From the NCBI GenBank assembly GCA_964016885.1, contig OZ024759.1:7192001-7256000 (forward strand): 64,000 nt of DNA. Reading direction: 5' to 3'. Origin of the DNA: Eledone cirrhosa (Eukaryota). Below are positions 39,413-53,196 of this stretch, in pieces (positions within the stretch are counted from its first letter, which is position 1; the number at the start of each line of letters is the position of its first letter). Below the pieces are notes generated by a model that saw only the letters and a program-made list of their open reading frames with translations, did not search any database and was not told where the DNA came from. The position numbers and the translations under genes were made by a program.

Positions 39413-40197
39413 ATCTGGTCCAGTCCGGTGCGATCTGGTCTGGTCCGGTGCGATCTGGTCATGTCTGGTGCGATCTGGTCCAGTCCAGTGCGATCTGGTC
39501 TAGTCTGGTGCGATCTGGTCCAGTCCGCTCCAATGCGATCTGGTCATGTCTGGTGCGATCTGGTCCAGTCCAGTGCGATCTGGTCTAGTCTGGTGCGATC
39601 TGGTCCAGTCCGCTCCAATGCGATCTGGTCATGTCTGGTGCGATCTGGTCCAGTCCGGTGCGATCTGGTCCAGTCCGGTGCGATCTGGTCTGGTCCAATG
39701 CGATCTGGTCCTGTCTGCTGCGATCTGGTCCAGTCCAGTGCGATCTGGTCCAGTCCGATGCGAACTGGTCCAGTCTGGTGCTCTCTGGTCCGGTCCAATT
39801 CGATCTGGTCCTGTCTGGTGTGATCTGATCCAGTCCGGTGCGATCTGGTCCAGTCCGATGCGAACTGGTCCGGTCTGGTGCGTTCTGGTCCAATCCAGTG
39901 CAATCTGGTCCAGTCCGGTGCAATCTGGTCCAGTCCGGTGCAATCTGGTCCAGTCCGGTGCAATCTGGTCCAGTCCGGTACAATCTGGTCCAGTCCGGTA
40001 CAATCTGGTCCAGTCCGGTGCAATCTGGTCCAGTCCGGTACAATCTGGTCCAGTCCGGTGCAATCTGGTCCAGTCCGGTACAATCTGGTCCAGTCCGGTG
40101 CAATCTGGTCCAGTCCGGTGCAATCTGGTCCAGTCCGGTGCAATCTGGTCCAGTCCGGTGCAATCTGGTCCAGTCCTGTGCAATCTGGTCCAGTCTG
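39413..40197. repeat. 20-bp minisatellite (gtgcaatctggtccagtccg), about 39 units
   Basis: Seen directly; degenerate 5' half, homogeneous 3' half; fills most of intron E-F. Confidence 0.95.
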
Positions 40198-40329
40198 AAG
40201 CAAACTGACCGTTCGACCCAAGACTTCCTCCTGAACAAGACACCAGTCCATAGCAGGGTAAAAGAGCTTATCCCAGTGTAAATGGTGTCAACCATTCAAC
40301 CATACGCTGTACATATACACCCTCTGTAA

Positions 40330-40473
<144 letters not shown>

Positions 40474-40506
40474 TAAGTTAGTTTGGAGTGTGGTGTGTAT
40501 AGTGTT

Positions 40507-40547
<41 letters not shown>

Positions 40548-40584
40548 TCATCGTCGTCGTTTCCTGTCCACATTTCCCTGCTTG

Positions 40585-40676
<92 letters not shown>

Positions 40677-40678
<2 letters not shown>

Positions 40679-41016
40679 CCACTTGGCTTAGTGGTTAGAG
40701 CATTGGCCTTGCAATCGAAAGGTTGTGAGTTCAATTCTCAGACCAGGTGATGTGTTGTTTCCTTGAGCAAGACACTTTATTTCACATTGCTCCAGTTTAC
40801 TCAGCTGTAGAAATGAGATAGGACTGGGGTCCCTATCATTCCACTGCAAAGTGGTCGTGGAGGTGCCACGGCAAAAAAGCACCCAGCACTCACTGTAAAT
40901 GAGGTTGGTGTTAGGGAGGGCATCCAGCTGTAGAAATCAAGCCAGAATCAGTTCCCGTCCCACCCTTGCAAGCAGGGAAAAGTGGACGTAAAATGAAATG
41001 ATGATGATGATGATGA
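40677..41016 (+). mobile_element. Full-length CORE-type SINE
   Basis: Near identical to 4591-4930; preceded by (TA)n(GA)n, ends in (GAT)n. Confidence 0.85.
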
Positions 41017-41080
41017 TATATATATATGTGTGTGTATGATGTTTGTGTATTAATATATATATGTACGTAGTGTTTGTATA

Positions 41081-41129
<49 letters not shown>

Positions 41130-41394
41130 ATGTAGTGTTTGTGTATTAATATATATATATATATGTGTATGTGTATGTAGTGTTTGTGTATTAATATATA
41201 TATGTGTGTGTGTGTGTGTAGTGTAGTGTTTGTGTATTTATATATATATATATGTGTGTGTGTAGTGTTTCGATACATATATGTGTGTGTATTAATACAT
41301 ATATGTGTGTGTGTGTGTGTGTATTAATACATACATATATGTGTGTGTGTGTATTAATACATACATATATGTGTGTATGTCTTTTTGAACTTTA

Positions 41395-43260
41395 TTAACC
41401 TCATTGTCAAGCTTGACGTGAGGAATGCCGTCAAATACCTATGCTGGAACCATCTGCCCGAGGCCTTCCTCAGCCGAGCCCTCTCTGCCTACCTGCTGGC
41501 TTACCTGTCATATGGGGCCCTCAGCATGCTCCTTGTTACTGACACGGCAGTCATAGTTTCAGTCACTGAGGTCCAACAGGGTGACCCTTTGGGCCCCCCT
41601 CCTCTTTGCTCTTGGTATAGACCACATTGCTCAAAATATCACGGTCCCTCTAATGTTTGGTACGTGGATGATGCCGGGCGGGCCCATGGTGACTGTCTGC
41701 CATGAACTGCAACTGGTGGTTCCTGCTCTGACGAGAGTCGGCCTCCAGATCAACTCGTCCAAGTCGGAGGTGGTGACTGTCAACCATAATGCTGGGAGCT
41801 TTGCAGCCTCCATCTTGTACGTGCAATCCTTTCTCCCCCAGGTACAGGTGACAACTAAAGAGGATTTCCTCATCCTCTGGTCAGTGATCCACCCGCTGGC
41901 CATCCACTCCACCATTATGTCCAGGCTTCAGCAGCTCAAGACCCTCACGAGTAGACTGTGCATGATTGACACCCACCCAGCCCTCTTCCTGTTAAGGAAC
42001 TGCTTTGCCATGCCGAAGCTCCTCTATACACTACATAATGCTCCTTGCTACAGCCACGCGTCTCTCCTCGCTGACCTCGACATTTGTATCCAAGCGGCAG
42101 ATGAGGAGATATGCAATGTCTGGTTTGATGACTTTGGATGGCAACAGGTCCCCTTATCTGTTAGCAATGGTGGCCTTGGCCTCCGGTCCCTGGTCTCGCC
42201 AGCTTTGCTGGCATTTCTTTTGTTGGTAACCTCTTGCCACATCCTCATTAACAAGGTTCTTCAAAACAATGGAACCCACTGTGATCAAGGAATGTGAGGC
42301 CGCCTGCGAGACTTGGAACTGGCTCAGACTCAGCCCAGTAGACGTCCCTCCTCCTTTTTCCCCTGTTGACGTCAAATCTCCCCCAGAGCACTTGGGATGC
42401 CATCTAGTGCAACAATGCCTCGAACAGACTAGCGCACCAGCTCAACCTCTCACATCCCCACAATGGTGCCTGGCTCAATGCCTTACCCTCTTTTTCAACT
42501 GGAACACAGCTGGATAATGATAGCCTGCGCATTGGGGTTTCCCTGAGACTCGGCCTCCAGATCTGCAAGCCACAGAAATTTAACTGCAGATCAACCATTG
42601 ACTCTTTCGGCCACCACTCGCTGTCATGTCGCTACAGTGCCGGCCACCTTCCATGCCGCGCCACCCTCAACGAGGTCATAAAGCATGGCTTGGATGCTGC
42701 AGGCTTCTCCTCACAGTTCGAGCCAATGGGGCTGGAGTGAGGGGATAGCATGAATATCTTCCTGTTCCGCGGTAGTAAACCCCTCGTCTGGGATGCCGCA
42801 TGCAGCGACACATTCTCCAGTGGCAACCTGGTGCAGTCTGAAAGTAACCCAGGCTCTGCTGCACTTTGGGCTGAGGAGGGAAAACTCTCCAAGTACTGGT
42901 TGCTCTCTGACAGGTTTGCTGTAGAGCCCCTAGCAGTGGAGACTTCTGGTGTCCTTGGCCCTAGGGTCACCTCCCTACTTACCACCATCGGCGCTGAGCT
43001 GGCTACCCCTAGCAGTGGAGACTTCTGGTGTCCTTAGCCCTAGGGTCACCTCCCTACTTACCACCATCAGCACTGAGTTGGCTACCCCTAGCAGTGGAGA
43101 CTTCTGGTGTCCTTAGCCCTAGGGTCACCTCCCTACTTACCACCATCAGCACTGAGTTGGCCACAGGTGTGAGCCTCATGACCTGGAATGGCTCTTCCAA
43201 CACATCTCCCTCACCATCCTCCAGGGAAACGCTTTCTCTATTCTGTCCACCAGCGCCATG
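41395..43260 (+). mobile_element. Decayed CRE-clade (restriction-like endonuclease) non-LTR retrotransposon, 5'-truncated
   Basis: KLDVRNA, VQQGDPLGP, WYVDD, GLQINSSKSE, GGLGLRS, GAWLNALP, SLRLG, HSLSC, LVWD, EEGKLSKY, PLAVETSG, QGNA in shifting frames; 79-bp segment triplicated at 42927-43163. Confidence 0.8.
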
Positions 43261-43298
43261 GAGCGGCCAACACATGGGACCCCATTTGCTGATAATAG

Positions 43299-46200
43299 TG
43301 AGAGATTGGGAGAGGGGGAGAGATGGAGGTGATGACAGTGGGAGTTTGGTTCCTCTGTGTTCAGACCTGGTGTACATGAGAGATGGGGAGGGCAGGAGAG
43401 ATGGAGGTGATGACAGTGGGAGTTTGGTTCCTCTGTGTTCAGACCTGGTGTACATGAGAGATGGGGAGGGCAGGAGAGATGGAGGTGATGACAGTGGGAG
43501 TTTGGTTCCTCTGTGTTCGGACCTGGTGTACATGAGAGATGGGGAGGGCAGGAGAGATGGAGGTGATGACAGTGGGAGTTTGGTTCCTCTGTGTTCGGAC
43601 CTGGTGTACATGAGAGATGGGGAGGGCAGGAGAGATGGAGGTGATGACAGTGGGAGTTTGGTTCCTCTGTGTTCAGACCTGGTGTACATGAGAGATGGGG
43701 AGGGCAGGAGAGATGGAGGTGATGACAGTGGGAGTTTGGTTCCTCTGTGTTCGGACCTGGTGTACATGAGAGATGGGGAGGGCAGGAGAGATGGAGGTGA
43801 TGACAGTGGGAGTTTGGTTCCTCTGTGTTCAGACCTGGTGTACATGAGAGATGGGGAGGGCAGGAGAGATGGAGGTGATGACAGTGGGAGTTTGGTTCCT
43901 CTGTGTTCAGACCTGGTGTACATGAGAGATGGGGAGGGCAGGAGAGATGGAGGTGATGACAGTGGGAGTTTGGTTCCTCTGTGTTCAGACCTGGTGTACA
44001 TGAGAGATGGGGAGGGCAGGAGAGATGGAGGTGATGACAGTGGGAGTTTGGTTCCTCTGTGTTCGGACCTGGTGTACATGAGAGATGGGGAGGGCAGGAG
44101 AGATGGAGGTGATGACAGTGGGAGTTTGGTTCCTCTGTGTTCAGACCTGGTGTACATGAGAGATGGGGAGGGCAGGAGAGATGGAGGTGATGACAGTGGG
44201 AGTTTGGTTCCTCTGTGTTCGGACCTGGTGTACATGAGAGATGGGGAGGGCAGGAGAGATGGAGGTGATGACAGTGGGAGTTTGGTTCCTCTGTGTTCAG
44301 ACCTGGTGTACATGAGAGATGGGGAGGGCAGGAGAGATGGAGGTGATGACAGTGGGAGTTTGGTTCCTCTGTGTTCGGACCTGGTGTACATGAGAGATGG
44401 GGAGGGCAGGAGAGATGGAGGTGATGACAGTGGGAGTTTGGTTCCTCTGTGTTCAGACCTGGTGTACATGAGAGATGGGGAGGGCAGGAGAGATGGAGGT
44501 GATGACAGTGGGAGTTTGGTTCCTCTGTGTTCGGACCTGGTGTACATGAGAGATGGGGAGGGCAGGAGAGATGGAGGTGATGACAGTGGGAGTTTGGTTC
44601 CTCTGTGTTCGGACCTGGTGTACATGAGAGATGGGGAGGGCAGGAGAGATGGAGGTGATGACAGTGGGAGTTTGGTTCCTCTGTGTTCAGACCTGGTGTA
44701 CATGAGAGATGGGGAGGGCAGGAGAGATGGAGGTGATGACAGTGGGAGTTTGGTTCCTCTGTGTTCAGACCTGGTGTACATGAGAGATGGGGAGGGCAGG
44801 AGAGATGGAGGTGATGACAGTGGGAGTTTGGTTCCTCTGTGTTCAGACCTGGTGTACATGAGAGATGGGGAGGGCAGGAGAGATGGAGGTGATGACAGTG
44901 GGAGTTTGGTTCCTCTGTGTTCGGACCTGGTGTACATGAGAGATGGGGAGGGCAGGAGAGATGGAGGTGATGACAGTGGGAGTTTGGTTCCTCTGTGTTC
45001 AGACCTGGTGTACATGAGAGATGGGGAGGGCAGGAGAGATGGAGGTGATGACAGTGGGAGTTTGGTTCCTCTGTGTTCGGACCTGGTGTACATGAGAGAT
45101 GGGGAGGGCAGGAGAGATGGAGGTGATGACAGTGGGAGTTTGGTTCCTCTGTGTTCAGACCTGGTGTACATGAGAGATGGGGAGGGCAGGAGAGATGGAG
45201 GTGATGACAGTGGGAGTTTGGTTCCTCTGTGTTCGGACCTGGTGTACATGAGAGATGGGGAGGGCAGGAGAGATGGAGGTGATGACAGTGGGAGTTTGGT
45301 TCCTCTGTGTTCAGACCTGGTGTACATGAGAGATGGGGAGGGCAGGAGAGATGGAGGTGATGACAGTGGGAGTTTGGTTCCTCTGTGTTCGGACCTGGTG
45401 TACATGAGAGATGGGGAGGGCAGGAGAGATGGAGGTGATGACAGTGGGAGTTTGGTTCCTCTGTGTTCGGACCTGGTGTACATGAGAGATGGGGAGGGCA
45501 GGAGAGATGGAGGTGATGACAGTGGGAGTTTGGTTCCTCTGTGTTCAGACCTGGTGTACATGAGAGATGGGGAGGGCAGGAGAGATGGAGGTGATGACAG
45601 TGGGAGTTTGGTTCCTCTGTGTTCAGACCTGGTGTACATGAGAGATGGGGAGGGCAGGAGAGATGGAGGTGATGACAGTGGGAGTTTGGTTCCTCTGTGT
45701 TCAGACCTGGTGTACATGAGAGATGGGGAGGGCAGGAGAGATGGAGGTGATGACAGTGGGAGTTTGGTTCCTCTGTGTTCGGACCTGGTGTACATGAGAG
45801 ATGGGGAGGGCAGGAGAGATGGAGGTGATGACAGTGGGAGTTTGGTTCCTCTGTGTTCAGACCTGGTGTACATGAGAGATGGGGAGGGCAGGAGAGATGG
45901 AGGTGATGACAGTGGGAGTTTGGTTCCTCTGTGTTCGGACCTGGTGTACATGAGAGATGGGGAGGGCAGGAGAGATGGAGGTGATGACAGTGGGAGTTTG
46001 GTTCCTCTGTGTTCAGACCTGGTGTACATGAGAGATGGGGAGGGCAGGAGAGATGGAGGTGATGACAGTGGGAGTTTGGTTCCTCTGTGTTCAGACCTGG
46101 TGTACATGAGAGATGGGGAGGGCAGGAGAGATGGAGGTGATGACAGTGGGAGTTTGGTTCCTCTGTGTTCAGACCTGGTGTACATGAGAGATGGGGAGGG

Positions 46201-47806
46201 CAGGAGAGATGGAGGTGATGACAGTGGGAGTTTGGTTCCTCTGTGTTCGGACCTGGTGTACATGAGAGATGGGGAGGGCAGGAGAGATGGAGGTGATGAC
46301 AGTGGGAGTTTGGTTCCTCTGTGTTCAGACCTGGTGTACATGAGAGATGGGGAGGGCAGGAGAGATGGAGGTGATGACAGTGGGAGTTTGGTTCCTCTGT
46401 GTTCGGACCTGGTGTACATGAGAGATGGGGAGGGCAGGAGAGATGGAGGTGATGACAGTGGGAGTTTGGTTCCTCTGTGTTCAGACCTGGTGTACATGAG
46501 AGATGGGGAGGGCAGGAGAGATGGAGGTGATGACAGTGGGAGTTTGGTTCCTCTGTGTTCGGACCTGGTGTACATGAGAGATGGGGAGGGCAGGAGAGAT
46601 GGAGGTGATGACAGTGGGAGTTTGGTTCCTCTGTGTTCAGACCTGGTGTACATGAGAGATGGGGAGGGCAGGAGAGATGGAGGTGATGACAGTGGGAGTT
46701 TGGTTCCTCTGTGTTCGGACCTGGTGTACATGAGAGATGGGGAGGGCAGGAGAGATGGAGGTGATGACAGTGGGAGTTTGGTTCCTCTGTGTTCGGACCT
46801 GGTGTACATGAGAGATGGGGAGGGCAGGAGAGATGGAGGTGATGACAGTGGGAGTTTGGTTCCTCTGTGTTCAGACCTGGTGTACATGAGAGATGGGGAG
46901 GGCAGGAGAGATGGAGGTGATGACAGTGGGAGTTTGGTTCCTCTGTGTTCAGACCTGGTGTACATGAGAGATGGGGAGGGCAGGAGAGATGGAGGTGATG
47001 ACAGTGGGAGTTTGGTTCCTCTGTGTTCAGACCTGGTGTACATGAGAGATGGGGAGGGCAGGAGAGATGGAGGTGATGACAGTGGGAGTTTGGTTCCTCT
47101 GTGTTCGGACCTGGTGTACATGAGAGATGGGGAGGGCAGGAGAGATGGAGGTGATGACAGTGGGAGTTTGGTTCCTCTGTGTTCAGACCTGGTGTACATG
47201 AGAGATGGGGAGGGCAGGAGAGATGGAGGTGATGACAGTGGGAGTTTGGTTCCTCTGTGTTCGGACCTGGTGTACATGAGAGATGGGGAGGGCAGGAGAG
47301 ATGGAGGTGATGACAGTGGGAGTTTGGTTCCTCTGTGTTCAGACCTGGTGTACATGAGAGATGGGGAGGGCAGGAGAGATGGAGGTGATGACAGTGGGAG
47401 TTTGGTTCCTCTGTGTTCAGACCTGGTGTACATGAGAGATGGGGAGGGCAGGAGAGATGGAGGTGATGACAGTGGGAGTTTGGTTCCTCTGTGTTCAGAC
47501 CTGGTGTACATGAGAGATGGGGAGGGCAGGAGAGATGGAGGTGATGACAGTGGGAGTTTGGTTCCTCTGTGTTCGGACCTGGTGTACATGAGAGATGGGG
47601 AGGGCAGGAGAGATGGAGGTGATGACAGTGGGAGTTTGGTTCCTCTGTGTTCAGACCTGGTGTACATGAGAGATGGGGAGGGCAGGAGAGATGGAGGTGA
47701 TGACAGTGGGAGTTTGGTTCCTCTGTGTTCGGACCTGGTGTACATGAGAGATGGGGAGGGCAGGAGAGATGGAGGTGATGACAGTGGGAGTTTGGTTCCT
47801 CTGTGT
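43299..47806. repeat. 78-bp satellite, 57 full units plus partial, one polymorphic site
   Basis: Unit agagatggaggtgatgacagtgggagtttggttcctctgtgttc[a/g]gacctggtgtacatgagagatggggagggcagg; no other variation seen by eye. Confidence 0.98.
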
Positions 47807-48010
47807 CAGTTTACACTATTGACCCTTTGATTGCTGGACATAATACTTTAGTCATGCATCAAGTTAAAAAGTTAGAATCGCAGTATCTGACTAAAATGTA
47901 CGTAGTTGCTTCCCTTCGACCATAAAGTTTATAAGAAAAACAAGTTGACTTTACATTTAATTTCTATTTTAGAAGTTTCCTGTCTAAACGAAATTGTTGT
48001 TGTCTTACAG

Positions 48011-48053
48011 GTTTGATCATGCAATGGTAGCATTTCTGGACTGTTTACAAGAG
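48011..48053 (+). CDS. BECN1: Beclin-1 exon G, 43 nt, phase 2/0
   Basis: ttacAG at 48009-48010, GTgagt at 48054. (K)FDHAMVAFLDCLQE. Confidence 0.96.
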
Positions 48054-48132
48054 GTGAGTGTGTCTTAACGGGTCTTCTGTATAGTTTCTGTCTACCAAAT
48101 TCACCAACAAAGCATTATATATATGTGTGTGT

Positions 48133-48159
<27 letters not shown>

Positions 48160-48167
<8 letters not shown>

Positions 48168-48465
48168 ATATTAACAAATGGAAACTATATTTATAAAACC
48201 ATATTTATTTCATTATACATATTTCAAGGACCACCAGAGCAAACTATGGTGCGCTTTCATCAGATAAAATAGAATATAGGTTAGTTTTATAAATAAATAT
48301 TGACATACCCTTAAAAAATGCAACCATTCTGGTTGGAATCTCCTGGATAGGGGAGTTATTAAATTTATTGTTGGTTTATTATGCAAATTAGTGGCCCTTG
48401 AAATATGTATAATGAAATAAATATGGTTTTATAAATATAGTTTCCATTTGTTAATATATTGTATA
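48160..48465. repeat. Inverted repeat (about 70-bp arms), Penelope-like remnant
   Basis: 48160-48228 is the reverse complement of 48397-48465; follows (TA)n; followed by gttgagtgct as at about 674. Confidence 0.75.
48206..48271 (-). ncRNA. Minimal type-I hammerhead ribozyme motif
   Basis: Minus strand: tattttat-CTGATGA-aagcgcacca..tggtggtcctt-GAAA-tatgta-TA^-atgaaata. Confidence 0.65.
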
Positions 48466-48552
48466 TTTACTCCAATAATTTGTTGAGTGCTTTATATCAG
48501 TTATAAAAATATTTTGCTTGTTGTATCCCAACAAATTAAATATAACCTCTAC

Positions 48553-48828
48553 ATATATATATGTGTATGTGTGTGTGTGGATATATATATATATGTGTGT
48601 GTGTGTGTGGATATATATATATGCAAATGTGTGTGTGTGGATATATATATATATATGTAAATGTATGTGTGTGTGGATATATGTATATATATGTGTGTGT
48701 GGATATATATATATGTAAATGTGTGTGGATATATATATATGTAAATGTATATGTGTGTGTGTGAGGATATATATGTATGTAAATGTATGTGTGTGTGTGG
48801 CTATATATATGTATATATGTGTGTGTGG

Positions 48829-48863
<35 letters not shown>

Positions 48864-49014
48864 AATGTATGTATGTGTGTGTGTGTGGATATATATATAT
48901 GTAAATGTATGTGTGTGTGTGGATATATATATATGTGTGTGTGTGTGTATATATATGTGTGTGTGTGTGTCGATATATATATATGTAAATATATGTGTGT
49001 ATGTGTGTGTGTAG

Positions 49015-49047
<33 letters not shown>

Positions 49048-49925
49048 GATATATATATATGCAAATGTGTATGTGTGGATATATATATATATATATGTAA
49101 ATGTATGTGTGTGTGGATATATGTATATATATGTGTGTGTGTGTGGATATATATATATGTAAATGTATGTGTGTGTGTGTGTGCGTGTGGATATATATAT
49201 ATGTAAATGTATGTGTGTGTGGATATATATATGTGTGTGTGTATATATGTGTGTGTGTGTGTGTATATATATGTGGTGTGTGTGTGTATATATATATGTG
49301 TGTGTGTGTGTATATATATATACGTGTGTGTGTGGATATATATATGTAAATGTATGTGTGTGTGTGTCTGTGGATATATATATGTGTGTGTGTGTGGATA
49401 TATATATATATAAATGTATGTGTGTGTGTGTGTGGATATATATATGTATATATGTGTGTGTGTGTGTGGATATGTAAATGTATGTGTGCGTGTGTGGATA
49501 TATATATGTGTGTGTGTGGATATATATATATGTGTGTGTGTGGATATATGTATATGTATGTGTGTGTGTGTGTAGATATATATATATGTAAATGTGTGTG
49601 TGTGTGTTGATATATATATATATGTGTGTGTGTGGATATATATATATATGTAAATGTATGTGTGTGTGTGTGGATATATATATATATATGTGTGTGTGTG
49701 TGGATATATGTATATGTAAATGTATGTGTGTGTGTGTGTGTGGATATATGTATATGTGTGTGTGTGTGGATATATATATGTGTGTGTGTATGTGTGGATA
49801 TATATATATGTAAATGTATGTGTGTGTGTGTGGATATATATGTATGTAAATGTATGTGTGCGTGTGTGTGTGGATATATATATATGTGTGTGTGTATATA
49901 TATATATGTAAATGTATGTGTGTAT
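48553..49925. repeat. Compound (TA)n/(TG)n microsatellite punctuated by gga and gtaaatgta
   Basis: Seen directly; ends about 15 nt before exon H. Confidence 0.95.
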
Positions 49926-49940
49926 CTTATTGTAATCCAG

Positions 49941-50044
49941 TTCAAGAAAGAAGTGGAGAAAGGTGATTCCAACTTCTGCCTGCCATACAAGATGGAGAAA
50001 GGACGTATAGAGGATGCTAACACAGATACCTCCTATTCTATAAA
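49941..50044 (+). CDS. BECN1: Beclin-1 exon H, 104 nt, phase 0/2
   Basis: atccAG at 49939-49940, GTaagt at 50045. FKKEVEKGDSNFCLPYKMEKGRIEDANTDTSYSI(K). Confidence 0.96.
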
Positions 50045-50209
50045 GTAAGTATTTCTTACTATCTCTCTATATATATCATCATCATCACTTAACGTCCATT
50101 TTCCACAATAGCATGGTGACAGGACCTTGATTCACATACACAGAACTGATTTGGGCTTGTTTTCTACAGCTGGATGCCCTTCTTAACACCAACCTCATTT
50201 AATTATTAT

Positions 50210-50255
<46 letters not shown>

Positions 50256-50269
50256 TCATCATCATCATC

Positions 50270-52442
50270 ATCATACATCCGCTTTTCCCTGCTTGCAAGG
50301 GTGGGACAGGTCCTCTTCAGCACAGCATCTCTCCACTCGTCATGGTCCTTCGTCATCTCCTCTGTGAGCTTCAATGATCTGAGGTCTGCTCTCACCACCT
50401 CCGCCCATGTTTTTCGTGGTCTACCTCTACCACATCTTCCTTCAACTGGCATTTCTTGGCACTTCTTCACCCATCGGTCATACTCCATGCGCATCACATG
50501 TCCATACCACCTCAGTCTCCTCTCTAGCACACTACATTCTATCCCTCTCAGACCCAGTTTCTGTCTCAACACATTCATGCTGGGTCGTTCATGCACATTT
50601 ACACTGCACATCCAACAGAGCATGCTTGCCTCATTTCTCTCCAGCCGTCGCATATCCTCTGCAGTTGCTGCCCATGTCTCATTACCATGCAGCATCGCGC
50701 TCCTCTTACAGGCATCATACAACCGGCCTTTCGTACGCAGGGAGAAACCCTTCTTCATCAGCAGAGGAAGCAGCTCCCTAAACCTCTTCCAACCCGTCCT
50801 TATTCTAGATACTATGGCCTCGGAACCCCCCCCCCTCCCATGTTAATCTGATCTCCTAGATACTGGAAGCTATCCACCACTTCTATAGCGCCCTCCTGCA
50901 TTTGAAAAATGTATCTATCAATGCGACTTCTACTGTCTAATTTCCCTGTTCATCTACTGCATACGTATTTCTCCCTACCTGTTAGTTTGCCTGCTATCCC
51001 GCTACATCTCTTGTGTACCCAGGATCTGCATTGTATGCATTTTATAGAATTTATGCCAGTTCCTTTTCTGCATATCAAACATAGCCATTTCCCTGATCAA
51101 CACTTTTGTCTTAGCTAGGTTCACTCTCAGTCCTCTTGCTTCCAACTACTGTTTCCATAGCCAGAATTTATTCTCTAGCTCCTCTACTGATTCTGCTATA
51201 AGAATCAGATCGTCAGCATAGAGAAGTTCCCATGGGCAGCCAGTCTTAAACTCCTCTGTTATGGCTTGGAGGACTATAATGAACAAGAGCAGGCTGAAGA
51301 CCGAACCTTGATGTACTCCTACTTGTATCTGGAATTCCTCACTAAACTCCATACCTCCTCTCACTTTACTGACAGCACCTCTCTACATAGCTTGCACTGT
51401 CCTAACAAGCCATTCTTCTACACCTAGTTTCCTTAGGCACCACCAGATGACAGATCGGGGTACCCTATCAAAGGCCTTCTCTAGGTCAACAAAGGCTAAG
51501 TATAGTGGCTTATTTTTCTCTAAGAACCTCTCTTGTAATTGTCTCACCAAGAAGAGGGCATCTGTTGTACTTCCCAAGCACAAAATCAAACTGCATCTCA
51601 TCTAGTTTGACCCTTTCTCTAATCAGTTGCGCTAATATCCTTTCTGCCACTTTCATAACCTGATCCATCAGTTTTATACCCCTATAATTGCTCCTTTCCA
51701 GAGCATCCCCTTTACCTTTGTAGCAATTTATGAGAATACTGCTGCACCAGTCTTTGGGTATGTCACCACCATATATAGCCTGATTGATGATGCGTGCAAC
51801 AAGTTTAGTGCCTACGTCCCCTGATGCCTTCAGCATCTCAGCAACTATCCCCGACGGTCCAGCAGCCTTACCACTTTTCATTTCTTTAATCGCCTCTTGG
51901 ACCCTATATTCGTCAATCTCAATAGCTGGTCCCTCTGTCGGATCTACTGAGGGTAATTTCTCTCTCTCCCATTCCTTCTCCACGTTCATCAGTCTCTCAT
52001 AATAATATTTCCAGGCCTCTTTTTTCTGATCATTCGTGACACTAAGTACACCAGCATCATTCCGGACACATTTATCTCCAACAACATCCTGATTTGCATT
52101 GACACACTGCCTTGCAATGTGGAACACCGCACGCCTCTGATCTTCTCGTCGCAGAACATTGGCAAACCTCCTACTCTCAGCCTCCCTGCGTGCTAAGTAC
52201 ACCTGACGTCTAGCTTCTCTCTTAGCGGCTGTATATCCTTCTCTACTCCCACCATTTTTCAAAGCCTTCCAAGCCAGTCTTTTGTTTCTAATGGCCCTAT
52301 CTACTGTGCTGTTCCACAACCAGGTCACTCTCTGTCTGGTTGAAGCTCTGCTCCAGCCACAAGTTTCTTCAGTAGCCTGCAGTAAGTTGTCACGTAAGAA
52401 ATTCCAATGAACATCTATGTCATACGTCTCTAAATCGTCTTC
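50270..52442 (-). mobile_element. RTE-clade LINE, second subfamily, 5'-truncated
   Basis: MKSGKAAGPSG, NYRGIKL, AFVDLEKAFDRVPR, GVHQGS, LLYADDL, RRLRWYGH, GRPRKTW; frameshifts; (GAT)n tail. Confidence 0.95.
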
Positions 52443-52463
52443 TATATATATATATATACACAC

Positions 52464-52514
<51 letters not shown>

Positions 52515-52539
52515 TACATGTATATATATATATATATAT

Positions 52540-52925
52540 CCAGGCCGAAACAAATGAGATCGTGTAGGTGTCACGACAAAAAACACACAGTCCACGCTGT
52601 AAATGTGGCCGTGTAGGCAACACAGTAAAAACCTCCCAGCCCCACACTGTAAATGTGGTTGGTGTTAGGAAGGGCATCCAGCTGTAGAAAACCCGCCAGA
52701 CAGTCCACGCTGTAATGTGGCCGTGTAGGCAACACGGTAAAAACCTCCCAGCCCCACACTGTAAATGTGGTTGGTGTTAGGAAGGGCATCCAACTGTAGA
52801 AAACCCGCCAGACAGTCCTATGCGAGCAAGACAACCACTCTTGCCTCAAGTGGGAAAACCCCCGTCCAAACCCATGCAAGCGTGGAACACGGACGCTAAA
52901 CCTGATGATGATGATGATGATGATG
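52540..52925 (+). mobile_element. RTE 3'-UTR-derived element with internal 112-bp duplication
   Basis: Near identical to 3146-3460. Confidence 0.8.
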
Positions 52926-52949
52926 ATATATATATATATATATACACAC

Positions 52950-52990
<41 letters not shown>

Positions 52991-52996
52991 TACATG

Positions 52997-53028
<32 letters not shown>

Positions 53029-53038
53029 TACATGTATG

Positions 53039-53104
<66 letters not shown>

Positions 53105-53196
53105 TACATGTATATATAAATGAGAAAACTGATTGCTAGAACAGCCGTAAAACAGCTAAATGTTGTCAAAGACAGTGATGGGTAAAAATACCTGAG

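Noticed and set aside
43028-47830. 1600-aa (+) and 1563-aa (-) ORFs with 26-aa repeats
   Set aside because: Result of a 78-bp (multiple of 3) intronic satellite; open on both strands, no unique domain.
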